64,000 bases of DNA from NCBI GenBank assembly GCA_004764695.1, contig SMSO01000025.1, positions 4,628,862 to 4,692,861 of the forward strand. Direction: 5' to 3'. The position numbers were made by a program, and so were the translations under genes. Below are positions 34,003 through 46,490 of this stretch, piece by piece. How positions within the stretch are numbered: the stretch's first letter is position 1; each line of letters begins with the position of its first letter. Origin of the DNA: Schizochytrium sp. TIO01 (taxonomy: Eukaryota > Protista > Bigyra: Labyrinthulomycetes). Under the pieces are notes generated by a model. That model was given only the letters and a program-made list of their open reading frames with translations. It searched no databases and was not told the origin of the DNA.

Positions 34003-37000
34003 ATGCAGTAGGAGAATTAGTACTAATACTACCAGTAAGATTAGATCTTTTGTCTTTTAATTGTTGCCGTGGATTACCATAGTACTACCTGCTCAGGCAA
34101 TGCTACAACTTCATCCTGCCTGGTATAAAGCTTACATCAGAACCTGACCTTTGTAGGCTTTTTCTTTTTCTTTTCAGTTTTTTGTGAAGTGAGACGTTCT
34201 ATTTCTGTGTGTCTTACTGTCAAAAATTATACTTCATGAATGATCAGATTTATGTCTATCACAGCACACTGCTCGAATCCATGTTGTCTTAAATCATAGC
34301 GTGAACACACTCTAACTGGTCAGATATAACTCTTGGTCTTCTAGCTTGGTAAAAAAAATCAAGTCAAAACAATCACTTGGGATATACAAGAACTCTAGTT
34401 TCAAAAGTGCCTACTTGCTAATTCTGGGTCAAGCACCCGGATGATTTGTTAGGAAATAATCTACACAGGGTACCCGACCTGGGTTTGCTAGGTGTTGAAA
34501 TTCTTAATATTTTTTTAATTTGGAAAAAAACAAAACAAAAAACTTTTGAAAATGACAAGTGGATATTATTAGTCACGCCTTTTTCTAGTCCTTAAAATAG
34601 TTGCTCTGTAGATGTTTCCTTCAACCAAAGACTCTCCTTTATTAGTGTCGAATAAAATGTTAAGTCCCTTATTTTTTAAACAGTTTACATAGTTAATCCC
34701 CTACTAAATTTTCTTGTTGCTTCGTCCGTCTCCAAAGCAGATCTGGAATTTAGGAAGGACTTGGAAGTATAGGCAAAACACAAGCCACCATGGTGCCCCT
34801 AAGAAGATGTCCAAGATTTACTTTAGAGAATTTTGGGCAAGCGTCCAGGAGAAAATATCCGTGCTCCACCAAAAGCTTCTGAGGCGACCCCATGACGTTT
34901 CTATCACGATCGCGCTGGGAAATCAAAGTCATAAAGGAAAAAAGGAAGCCCTTTGAGACCAGTGAAGCATCTACTGATATGACTCTTGCACAACGCACTT
35001 TAACGCTACCAGACTATGGTCATAATTCGCATGCTCCAACTCGGTGATCTGGACGCCATATTCTCGCTAGTTCGCAACTCCGACAAAAGAAGCCACTGGA
35101 GCCATGAAAGGGCATCTCCGTGCATCCAGGCGACTCGAGACGCCAACAAGATGCGTTGGGCTTATGCAGAAGACATAACCGAAAATCCCGCCGTCCAAGT
35201 GCGAGGTGATGCGCATTGGATCCTAGAGAAAGTCCACAAGCATAAGATGTACGACCCCAGGGCACACAGTTCTTCATTACCAGGAACGTAGACCTTTGGT
35301 CAAATTTCTATCTGCTCGCGGTTCCCTATTCTGAGTTCAAGACCAGTATTTTTCAGTTCACCAAGGAAAACTTCTCTCTTCTTTAAAAAATGTTAGATTT
35401 GTTCATCCCTTGGTGTTTGGCCAAAGCATCTTGTGCGCAGAAAGAGAAGGTTGAGACGGTCAACTTTGGCGCTTATTGCCACCCCGCAGCTCTGCGGCAC
35501 GTGCCCTTGAGTATGCAATCTTGACGCCTTTCAATGACAAGGGCAAGAACCAGCATCAAGACCATCTTGATTCTAGGCAGGACCTACCTGCCTTTGTCAA
35601 GCTCAAGGGGAGATCATACTTCCGCCGAACACCGGCTTTTCTGTGCGGGATCTGAAGATGGCATGCTGCGATGCCCTGCTATCAAGGCCTATGCCAAAAC
35701 ATTCAAAGTTAGGTGCTCTATCCACCTTTTCCCTTCCTCAGCAAAAGAAAAGAAAAAGTATTCGTTTTGTCTGGAAAGTTGTGGCTTCTGAAGGTCCGTC
35801 AGACTCACCTTTCCATTCTGCTGCGAAAGGGCAGTATGCCTAAGTTATACTGGAAGAGAGTGGGAGATTTTGAGAAATACTTGCCATGCAGTCACATGAT
35901 GATGGTGAGTAGTCTTTTATTAGTTCTGAGTTGCTTCATCGATTGAGTTGCTTGCATGCGGACTTCGCCAGCACCCCCTTCCAGTTCCATCTACCTTGCG
36001 TAATAAACCTAACAACCTATTTCCATTCAATTAAAAGAATCCAGAGCGAAGGCCAGCTACTGCTGTCTTATAATGCCCTGCCATTAATTCGTCCTTGGTG
36101 GTACGATATAACCTTGAATCCAAAGTTCACAAACACACAAACATACAGACATACAAAATTCATTTTCCATCCACTTTTTGCCTGTACAGTACGCCCCGCA
36201 CTGCATGCTCCAGGCTGGCTTCTGTGATGTAGAACTCAGTCAAGGCTCTTTTTTGTTTTCTCTTGCCTCCAGGGTTGCCTGGATTATCGTTTTTTTTAAA
36301 TAATAGTTTTGCAGTTTTAAAATGTTATAGAGCGCAACTTGTGGTCACTCAGGACCCCCAACAAAGAAACGCCACTTCTGTGTCCTTCAGAAGTTGCGGC
36401 AAGTTCGTGTCTCCTGCAAAAACCAACGCGGGGTAAGCCAATCTGTGAACACTGATGGCTAGATCCACATGATCCTGCTCACGTTCGGCGGGCATCTGTG
36501 AAGCAATTGACTGGTGTCTATCAAGTTCCTCTGAAATTGTAAGCTTTGCCCAATAGTAGTCAGTGCCAAGAGTCGGCGACGTCACGAGGGTGAAAACCAA
36601 AACAAACAAAACTATTCAGAGACTCTTTCAACTCATCGCTTCCACGTCATGCCCAGCGCTAAGAACAGCAGACCGCCGCCAGCAACCAACATGTCGCCTT
36701 TCCATGGCATCCTTTGCCATTGTCCGCTCAGCCAGGTTCGGCTTTGACTGACTTGAACGAATGAACGGACCCTTCTTTTGACCTTCGTTTTTCTCTTCAA
36801 AGCTTATCAATGACCCGAAAAATTAGTAAACATTCTCTATTAATGAAACCAAGAAGCTACGGATTGAGAAGGACAGCTCTTCAGACGAACTTCGCATCCT
36901 GTCCTGCTGCTGCCAGCCGCTGACGCGAAGGTTGAAGCAATAGGACGCAGTCTGATGCAGGAATAAAGTAGAAGGAGGGCCATGGAGAGAGGTCAACTTG

Positions 37001-37385
37001 GTTTCGTTCTTGATTCATACTATTCTACAGAGAGTAAAAAGTTAAATATATCAAAATGAAAACAAATAACTTAGTATTTTATAATAGATGTGCACTCACC
37101 TTTGTTCTGTTCCTTCTCGCATGTTCTTTCCTTATCCGCTTCCACTTTCTTTCGTTCTTTAGTTTTCCAGGTTGACATCACCACTTGCCTTGGGGTATGT
37201 ATATCCTACGCTTCAGGTTCGGTCAATGCGATCTACGCCTGCTCCACGAAGATGCGTCTGCGAGGATTTCGTTGCAGTCAGTTTCGGCCACACGGAAACC
37301 ATACGCATCAATCGAGAAGGATGGATGTGAGCGCGGAAACAAACACTTTAATAGTTAGCTACGAAGAGTGAATAAAGAACAGAAC

Positions 37386-37387
<2 letters not shown>

Positions 37388-37418
<31 letters not shown>

Positions 37419-37431
37419 GTTGTTATTATTA
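37388..37431. repeat. (TTA/TTG)n trinucleotide microsatellite
   Basis: Direct reading: tattattatt...ttgttgttattatta. Confidence 0.9.
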
Positions 37432-38226
37432 TGGGTATTTTGTTTCTTATGAATTCTACGTAGGTACTGATAATAAGGAGGCGAACATCTTCGCGCGAGC
37501 ACGCAAACACAGCAGTTCTGCGACTGCTCGCGCCGCCCCAGCCCGCGTGGCAGCCGGGGGAGCTGCAGCATTCGTTCCTATTCCCTGAGGACGTCCTCGA
37601 TCCACCGCTTGGACGAGTTTCTTTTGGATTTCGAGCGCATTTGGCGGCGCATTACCGCCGCACCGCCGTCCATTTGCCCAACACATCAGGATCGGGCGCT
37701 TCGCCGCTTGCTGGCACCTCAAGCTGCCTAGGAATCGAGGCCTGGGCTTCAGGAGCAGCTTGACGAATCGCTGGATCTACTCACGGTATTGTAGAGACTC
37801 CGCCTGAACCCCGAAGGACGATCATTCTGGTGGTGCTCTACTTTCATAGACTCAAAAGAACTTCGTTAAAATCATCTCGAGGAACAAGATTGCTCAGAAC
37901 AGGGAGTAACATACACTTGAACGTTTGCCCCTGCAAGTATCCCTTAGGTTTTATCTTTCTCTGTCGTTTGTGGGCTCAATCTGACAACTGGTTGTCCTTT
38001 TTCACGTTCAGATTTTCCCTTGGGTTCTTTTCATTCGAAGTGAAAAAGTTGAAGATCGTTGGTGCGAGATCAACCTTTAGCAAAATCTTGTGAGGGCAGG
38101 ATCAATTGTACACATATACCAAGTGAGACTTGTGCATGGGAGGACTGTTAAGGAGGTTTGGTCAAATTTTCATAGTTGGGCGAGAGTTCTGCTTGCTTGA
38201 GTGGGCAAACAACTAAGCTGAGCACA

Positions 38227-38568
38227 ATGCCGTCGTCAACTTCATTTGACGGCGATCTGCAGCAACAATACAGCCCAACATCGGTCAATTACAACAATGG
38301 AAGCAGTGTTGTTAGCAGTAATAGCAGCACAAGCAGCAACAGCAACGGGTACGGCAATAGCCATCATGGCGTTGGGTCAACAGAGTCGATTCAACGGCAT
38401 GCGCGGATCAGCAGCCAGTGGCTCAGCATTGACGAAAGCTTGCAGCATGATTTGGATGAACATGAAAGCAGACGTAGCAGGGACACATACAATCACGACT
38501 TAATCATGGATATTGGATTAACCTCAAGATTTCCCGACGATGAACACTCAATAGGTAGTATAGAATAT

Positions 38569-38607
<39 letters not shown>

Positions 38608-40332
38608 AACAACAACAACAACGATGTCGATATAAGCGGTGATTACAGCAACAGCAATAATAATAGCAGAAATGGACCTGGAACTGACGATGACGAGACC
38701 TCATCAGAGGGAGAACGCTCCATGACACTGAGCGACCGGAAAAAGGAGTTCCGCATTATCACATTCATATTAACTCCAGCAATTATCACAACATTTATTT
38801 TTCTCGTCCTTTACTGGAACGAGGAATCTGAATGCCGTGCACCTTTGCGCATGTGGTGTTTGATCGAGGCAGTGCGGCTAGCAATGTCAATATTTTTGTC
38901 CTGGCTTCTCCAACGTGATATTAATCGGAGTACGGGGCAGCTGGAGAAGCTCGATCAACTGAGCCGTATCATGAGTATGTTCTCTTTTTCATGGTTCGTC
39001 ATGGGCCATATTTGGCTTGTTCAAGCCGCAGGAAGCTGTAACCAGTCTTCACCACATCTCTTCCATCTGACAGCAGCGCTCATCATTTTGCAGTACACGC
39101 TAATGCTTTTGCCGTTGATTGTGTTAATTCTCTTGACACCATTTCTGTGTCTGTGTCTACCATGTATTATTCAAGGCTTCTTTTTCTTTAACAAACCGCA
39201 AGTTAAGGGTGCTACCAAACGGCAGATCAACAAATTACCTACGGAGAAATTCGATGCAGATGACTTTGCCGAAAAGGGCTTCGACACGCAGTGCTCCATC
39301 TGTCTTGCAGATTATGAGCGGAGTGAGATTATTCGTGTCTTGCGGTGTCGCCATACGTTCCATAAGGCATGTATAGATCCCTGGCTTACACTTAATGGCA
39401 CATGCCCTATCTGTCGCGCGCCAATAGTGCAGGTCCCGGCTTCAGATAAAGATGGAGTCACTTCAACAACATCCGCACCTTCCTCGTTGTCGTCACCTCG
39501 CGCTGTGGAAATGATTGAACGGCAGATGTCGACAACTAGCGAGGGTAGTATATCATTGTTGCCAACGACAGAGACGACATCTGAGGTTGTTATCGCTACT
39601 CCACCACCGCCTCTTCATGGCTCAGAGGACTTCTGGCCGCGCCAATCTTTGAGCCGATCTAGTAGTATGAGTAGTCACGCAAGTTTTGCCGAAGTCGACC
39701 TTGAGCCTGCGGAAACAGAGTCTCTTTCCTCTGATTATTCTCGCTCCCCCATGTCTCGCACAAGTAGTGAAGTGGCCATGGGGTCGGCGCGTCGGTCTCG
39801 GTCGGCTGCGGGCCCTCATCATATGCTGCGTAGCAGTGCTTCAGCAGAGAACTTGATGCCCGATTCATCGTACGAGAACCGTGTGGCTCACTCAGGTCGG
39901 AGTCGCAGACCACGTGCCGACAGTGCTTCAGGTGCAAACATACTAATCGGAAGTCGTCCGTTTTCGCTTCGCACCTCATTGGTGAGAAGCTGGGGGCTCG
40001 CGTCTCGAGCACGGGCTGTGGAACGCCGACGGCTCGGTTCCGATCGTTTGCCAGAAATCTTCGGCGATGTCGGAGTCGGCGGTTCTGACGATGGCGCATT
40101 GAACAGTATTGGCTGGGCGCTTGGTTTAAGTCAGGATGACCCTCATGATATGCCGAGCAACTCTCACGATTCAAGTAGCACTCTTTTGAGTTCTACAAAT
40201 AACAGCAGCAGCATCAACACCAACATCACCAACAACACTAATAATGTCAGCAATAGTGTTGGCACACGGGGTTCTGGATATGCACAACGCTTGTCCGGAG
40301 AAGGCGAGAGCTTAAGTATGCGTCTGGCATAG
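38227..40332 (+). CDS. Multi-TM RING-H2 E3 ubiquitin ligase
   Basis: C3H2C3 RING CSICLADY...LRCRHTFHKACIDPWLTLNGTCPICR. About four TM helices with CRAPLRMW and WFVMGHIW motifs and GATKRQINKLP before the RING; poly-Asn (AAC)n tract. First ATG 38227. Confidence 0.92.
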
Positions 40333-42579
40333 AGTTTGCCTCAGATGTGGAATTCGGTTCACAAAACGCAAGGTTCTCTTGTTTTTTTGTTTTTTTTTCT
40401 TGCGCATTCTTTGGTTTATCCCTGTGGCCTCTTGAGCAAGAGTTCGTGATCTTTGCAGACGGCATCCAGTCTGATGAAAGTTGAGTAGTCATCCCTTCTG
40501 ACTTTCCTGCTCAAGTGGAGCTTCGTTATTGTTGTTGATGTTCTTATTGACACTGTTGTTTATGTAATCTTTCTCTTATCGTAGGAAGGTCCCTTCCCTG
40601 TCTTCTTTTCTTTGGCTCCTCAGCTGATTTGGTTTCCCATCTATCACATGCTCGCGACACATCAAAGCTACAAATCCGTGTCGTTGAAAACACTGATCAT
40701 CAGCATAAATTGAATTGAACTCCAGTGTATCTTCTTATTTTTCACTTCCCATACATACTTCATTTTCTCTTGGTCTTGTTTCGAGATGAACCTCGTCGAT
40801 TTTCTACAACGATATGACTTTAATTCTGGGGGGTACTCTGATTCTTGCATATTTTTGAACAAAGTAGAAACCTGAGTTTTGAACATCTTATTTTAGATTA
40901 ATGTTTTAACTCTACCTTTATATCAGGTTGTATGTTGCTTATATTCATGCTGAAGATTTGTTCATTACTATGGGCAGTTTATGCCAGTTCTGTATATTCT
41001 AAGCCAGCGTAGGTGCAAGATCTGTTGGCATAATTCTAGTCGTTTTGCATATGCCCCTTTTCAGTATATTCATTTGGACATGACTGGCAAATTGTGTCAC
41101 AATCCAAATTGAACTGCCTCAAACTCACGTCTGCATGTTGCTAATGAACGATCGCGCATCGATTTCCGGTGTACTTATAAATAACTCCTCAATGGACAAG
41201 TAAATCGTAGGGCATAAATAGCTTCTTTCTTACTAATACCAATTAAACGATCATGAGAACATTTTAATGAGCTTTGCCAACTACCTGGCGAGACGAGAAG
41301 AAAGACAGATTTAATCTCAAATGTGCTTCTGGAGTTTGATGGGCAGAAAAAACAAGGAAAAAACAATGCGCGATGTTGCTAGATGGTTTACTTGAATATG
41401 AGGGATGCTGAAATCAGAATTTTGTGAAGCAGAGATATGAAAATCAATACGAGCAAGTGGAGATTTTTCGAAGCCAGGTGGACAGAAAAACATCAAATTC
41501 AATGCGTAGTATTTTCTTTTTTCTTTTTCTAGGAGGCTATTTTCTTATACGTTTTCGTTGAGGGTTTGCTGCTTCCTGATGAGGGGGGGGGGAGGCTGGG
41601 AGTTCTCCACTCGGAAGCAGGACCGTGAGAGGAAACGCAGATGTACGGGTGCACAGCTGTCTGGCTAAGAGGGTAAGAGACCTAAGTGGGGTGTTATGAT
41701 ATGTGTGTATGTATATATGTATGGATTAGAGGATCAAGGGAAGCCACACTTTTACCTACACACACATAGCATACTCAAATGCACCAGGCTCAAACCGTGC
41801 CCAGCCCCGCACAGCTGGCTGGTTTAGTTTTTTTAGTTTGTTAACTTTTTTTTTGCATGCTTGTTTGATGACGATTGAATGTTCGATCGATCGAATGAAC
41901 GACTGAACGTACATAAGGGTTAAAGAGAAAGAGTGAGAGAGAGGGAGAGAGAGATGATGCTGGTAATGCCGATGAGTGAGAATTAGAGAAAGAAGGTATG
42001 CAAACAATCACAGGACCATGCGAAACTCCAACAAAATAACACAGAATTCAACAACGACACAAGGGGAACCACACGAGAAGGTAGGTTCTGTGGCAGTCTA
42101 CCTCTACAGGTGATGGATGTGGAAAAGTGATCGCCCACTATTGTCGCAGATTAGCTCATCAATGAGTTTGTCGGTTATTCCATATAGTAATTGTTGTTTC
42201 TAGGAACGCGTGCTTGCGACCTGTTGTCTCAGTGGTGGAAGGTGCTTGTTGCCAAAGACTTAAAATAAAGAGGGCATATCAATGAAAACAGCACAACGAA
42301 TGGGCACAATCACGCATGAATGCCTCACAGCATATGTCAAAGAAGTGGCAATCGGTCAAGGAAGGGGATATCGGTCAAAGAGGTGGTAATCGTTTTGAGG
42401 AGGTAGCAATTATCCAAATTGGTGTTGCAACAAGCATTAACTGCAATTTTGCAAAAGAGAAGTGCACAAATCTTGCGAAAAAAAGAATGCATGACGCTTG
42501 CAATAAAGATAACACGCATCTCGCAAAATGTGCACATAATATCTCAATAGTACGTTCATAAACAGAGCAAACTCGCACC

Positions 42580-43536
42580 TTATCCCAAGTTCTGCGGGAG
42601 AGCTCCACCGTATCCACTGACAATGCCGGCCTTCATGACGCTCTGGGTGCCCGCATCGTCCCTCGCGGATGGCTTGGCCCACTCCACCTTCAAGATCAAA
42701 TGATCGTAACCGAATCCGTTCAACTTCTCCATGGCTCTCGCCGCGTCGTCGCGGTAGTGGAAGCTGATGTATGCAAAGCCCCTCGAGACCTGGGTCTCCC
42801 GGTCCCTAGCAAGGTACACCCTCTGTATCCTTCCAAAGGGCGAGAAGAGGTCTCTGAGGTCATCCTCGTTGGTGTCCTCGGAAATGTTGGTCACACGAAG
42901 AGTAGTCTGGTCCTCCTCCTCGAAGCGGCCACCCATGCCCATACCGGCACCACCGGAGTCTGCGCCTCCCGAGCGCATGTGGAGCGGCACGTACTTGCCA
43001 CCAGCAGCAGCAGAGTTGGGGGCGTCTGCCATCTGGGAGAGTGCAGTACCAGTGCGGAGGCCCTGGCCCATGCCCTCGGAGCCGAGGATGGTGCCGGAGC
43101 CGGGTGCGCCACCAAGGATGTTGGACTCCTTGGCAGCAAACTCCTCGCGCTTCTTGCGGTTGAGCGCACCAGAGCGGAGACGCTTGATCATCTCCTCCTC
43201 CTCACGCTTCTGGGCCTTGTTCTCATCACCAGGGTTCTCGATGTGCACGTCATCACGGCTCATGATGGTGGTCTCCTCCTCAGGTCCGGGGGGCGCGTCC
43301 TCCGCAAGGCCAAACTTGACCCAGTTCTGGCGCTCCTGGATGCGCTTGGAGACCTTCTTCTTCTTGGTCACCACCTTCACCTTGCGAACCACCTTCTGCT
43401 TCTCTCCATCCTGAATCCGGTACGAGGTGATCGTCTTAATGCCCTTATCATCAGGGCCCTCCACCGTGGACTCCGGCAGGTAGTCGTCCAGCTCAGCGAC
43501 GTCCTCATCGTCGGCCCAGCCGCCAAACGAGGCCAT
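42580..43536 (-). CDS. EIF3G: Eukaryotic translation initiation factor 3 subunit G
   Basis: N-terminal WADD, GIKTITSY, RQNWVKFG...GPEEETT; GKYVPLHMR; C-terminal RRM TLRVTNISED...RGFAYISF...GFGYDHLILKVEWAKPS; high GC3. ATG at 43536. Confidence 0.96.
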   Translation of the reverse strand: MASFGGWADDEDVAELDDYLPESTVEGPDDKGIKTITSYRIQDGEKQKVVRKVKVVTKKKKVSKRIQERQNWVKFGLAEDAPPGPEEETTIMSRDDVHIENPGDENKAQKREEEEMIKRLRSGALNRKKREEFAAKESNILGGAPGSGTILGSEGMGQGLRTGTALSQMADAPNSAAAGGKYVPLHMRSGGADSGGAGMGMGGRFEEEDQTTLRVTNISEDTNEDDLRDLFSPFGRIQRVYLARDRETQVSRGFAYISFHYRDDAARAMEKLNGFGYDHLILKVEWAKPSARDDAGTQSVMKAGIVSGYGGALPQNLG

Positions 43537-43747
43537 CTTGGATTCTTCTTTTTCCTCCTCTTCTTCTACTTCTCCTCTTCCGAGCCGCCTCCGATTCCTG
43601 TTCTCGCCACCCTCCGAGCTCCTGCGTCCTTCCTCCTCGCCTGCGTCCTTGCCTTCCGCTCTCGCCTCGCGTCGCGATACCGGGCGCTCGAGTCGGCAAC
43701 GGGGTCTGCGTGAGGCCTCTCTTCTCCTCTTCACTCAATGGAGCTCA

Positions 43748-43828
43748 ATCTCTCTTTCTCTCTTTCTCTCTTTCTCTCTTTCTCTCTCTTTCTCTCTCTT
43801 TCTCTCTTTCTCTCTTTCTCTCTTTCTC
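43748..43828. repeat. CT-rich (CTCTTTCT-type) tract upstream of eIF3g
   Basis: Pure pyrimidine run on +; a shorter similar run lies at about 44090-44125. Confidence 0.85.
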
Positions 43829-45847
43829 TATCGCTCCTTTTTACGCCTAAACGCCCTATAACGCGCTATACTCCACTTCCGCGCCCTATACTCCACTTCC
43901 CGCGCGCCGCGCAAGTGGCTTATACGCCGCCCGCACACTGGCCTAAACTCCTGCAAGTAGCCTATAGCCACTGGAAGTCAGCCAAACGAGCCTCAGAAAC
44001 TAACGAACGAGCGAACCACCTCCCGAGCCAGCAGCCAGCAGCGCCTCGAGGCCGACGCCTGCGCCGCCAAATCGCTCGCGCCTCAGGGCTCTTTCTCTCT
44101 TTCTCTCTTTCTTTCTTTCTTTCTCGCCGCAGGAAACCTGCGCTCGATCTTTCAACAACAGCCAAATAAAAGAAAGAAATCGATGGACTCTCTCTCTTTC
44201 TTTCCCACGTCATCCCTATCTAACCACGACTAGGACACTCTTACCGTAAACACTACCACCACCGCTGGCTGCCGGAGTAACGGCCTATCCTGGAGGATAA
44301 TAGGCCACTTTGGGTTCCCTGGGTTCCCATATATCTGCGGGAGAATCGGCGCGGATATGCGCCGGAGTAGAGCAACCCTGGGAAGGAGGGCGGTACACAT
44401 GTGCAGTCGCGGGTGACCTTGCGTGGAGGGGTGTGTGAAAGCGAAACGAGGAGCGCAGTCACAGTGGTGTCGAGGAAGGGTTGTTGATGGAGGCTTGCTT
44501 GCTTGCTCCGTCAGGGCACGGCAGGGCGAGGCCACCAGCGGTGGAGGGAAAGGCACGAGGACATCCTGGCAATGTGGAGCTGGTGGTTTGGGCAGAGGTC
44601 CCCGGAGAGACGGTCGGCAGTGGAGAAATGGTAGCGGTTGAACGTTGATTGACACTCTTGGGAGCGGCTTCTTGGAGGTGAGCTTGCGAACATTCTAGCG
44701 CATGCACGATCAAAGCTGAGAGGGACTGAGGCCTACCTACAGCGGCAATGGATTTATGAAGCTGAAGTAAACTCTGGCATTTGAAGGAGCGAGTAAGTCG
44801 TGGTAGATTACACCAAGGGGATGGGCGGTTGCACATTGGTTTTCCTTAAATGTTTCAAGTAGCAGAACTATGTAAGCGAGCGCCTCTGACAATAATACAA
44901 AAACAACGTCCAGGAAGATCTCTTTTATGATTTTTTATTTATTCTCACAAAGGCCGGATTGGTTGTGGTAGCGCGAGTATTTTGACTATGCAAACAAATG
45001 ATGTGCCATGATAGTAGCAATACGGACTATCCACAGGGCGTTTCTTCTGCTTATAGTATTTAATGTTTTTCAGACAACAGAGCAATAATCTCTAACATTC
45101 AACGGTTGAGTACAGAGACGATTTGTTGTACATTAAAAGTAAAGTGATGTACCATTGCAAACTAAGTTACGCTGTTCGCGTTGGAAACCGAAACAAAAGG
45201 TAAAAGATTGCATTTATGCTACTAAGAACTATAGTTTAGTTTGTTTGTAGGGAATATGCTTGCTACTACTCGTTGGGCACATATACTTTCCCTCATGACA
45301 TCCTGGCCGGTGTTGCCAAGGCCTTGCCATCGCTGCGCTCCCTAGGTACTAACTAGTAGGTAGTGCAATAGACATTTTAGGTGAAAAGAGAAAAAGAGAG
45401 AAGAAATAAAAATATCGTCTAATTATCAAAAAGGAAGGTGTGCGAAAGCTACAGTTAGGTAAAGAGCCCAGGTAAGGAAACATCAATTGCACAACAACTG
45501 TGAGACCACAGCGCGCGCAGACCCAAACAAAGCAGGTGCGTTCACCAGACACCGTCCCCTAGCACCCTTCGAGACAGGACGAGCTGCCTAAGGCCCTAAG
45601 CAAGGAAGAGGAAAGTTCTTCAGTGCAGAGACCTACAACTGCATTAGATAATTGCTTCTGCCAGTTCGTCTGCAGCTACAGAAGAACTAACTACGGCAAT
45701 AACTCAGACGGCAAAAGCTTACTTGTGATAAATACTGACTAACTCGTCCAATACGAACACAATCTGGCTATTCAACGTCCTGATCACAATTCACAGAGGC
45801 AAGAGAACAAAGAATCAAACGTAGAAACTCGAACTTAATCATTCAAT

Positions 45848-46490
45848 ATGGCAGTCTCGAGTAGAACTGCGCGCGGAGCCTTCATCGTCTTCGAAGGCGT
45901 GGACCGCTGCGGTAAAACAACGCAGACTCAGCGCCTCGTGCAGGCCCTCCAGCAACGCAAAATCGATGTCGAGCTCTGCCGCTTCCCCGATCGCACCACG
46001 GCAACTGGAAAGATTATTGACGCGTACCTCAAGAACGGAGTTGAGCTTGACGACCATGCGGTACATTTGCTCTTCTCCGCAAACCGCTGGGAGTCTGCAC
46101 AGACCATCCGTAAGAAACTTGAAGCTGGGAACGACCCTTGTTGTCGATCGCTATGCGCACAGCGGCGTGTGCTTCTCCGCTGCCAAGGCTGGGATGGACA
46201 TTGACTGGTGCAAAGCACCCGATGCAGGCCTCCCAGCGCCCGACTCGGTCATTTTCCTCAAACTCGCCATCGAAGACGCCATGCAGCGTGGCCAGTTTGG
46301 AGAGGAGCGCTATGAGAAACAGGATTTCCAAAACAAGGTTTTGGACAACTTCATGCAGATGCGAACGGATGACTGGCGTATTATTGACGCCAAGCGGCCC
46401 ATCGATGCTATTGCCGAGGAAATTGAAGCTCTGGCACTCGAGATCATTGAATCATGTGCCGAAAAACCACTCAATACTCTTTGGGAGTGA
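45848..46490 (+). CDS. DTYMK: Thymidylate (dTMP) kinase, split by a single +1 frameshift at about 46127-46131
   Basis: Frame A: RGAFIVFEGVDRCGKTTQ (P-loop), RFPDRTT, LLFSANRWE. Frame B: GTTLVVDRYAHSGV, PDAGLPAPD, FGEERYE. Removing one base gives 213 aa. Confidence 0.93.

Noticed and set aside
41570-41621. Hairpin CTGCTTCC...GGAAGCAG containing CTGATGAG
   Set aside because: Lacks the CGAAA core and cleavage triplet arrangement; the poly-G run is unreliable.
41775-41825. tRNA/B-box-like GGTTTGAGCC on the minus strand
   Set aside because: No cloverleaf or A-box can be built.
42700-43713. 337-aa and 215-aa + strand ORFs overlapping eIF3g
   Set aside because: Antisense shadows of a GC3-biased gene; no motifs.
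43537-43734. 66-aa N-terminal extension of eIF3g from a GTG
   Set aside because: Purine-rich low-complexity leader; homology starts at ATG 43536.
46110-46124. Tiny GT-AG intron as the explanation for the TMPK frameshift
   Set aside because: 15 nt is a multiple of 3, so it does not fix the frame and would delete alignable residues.
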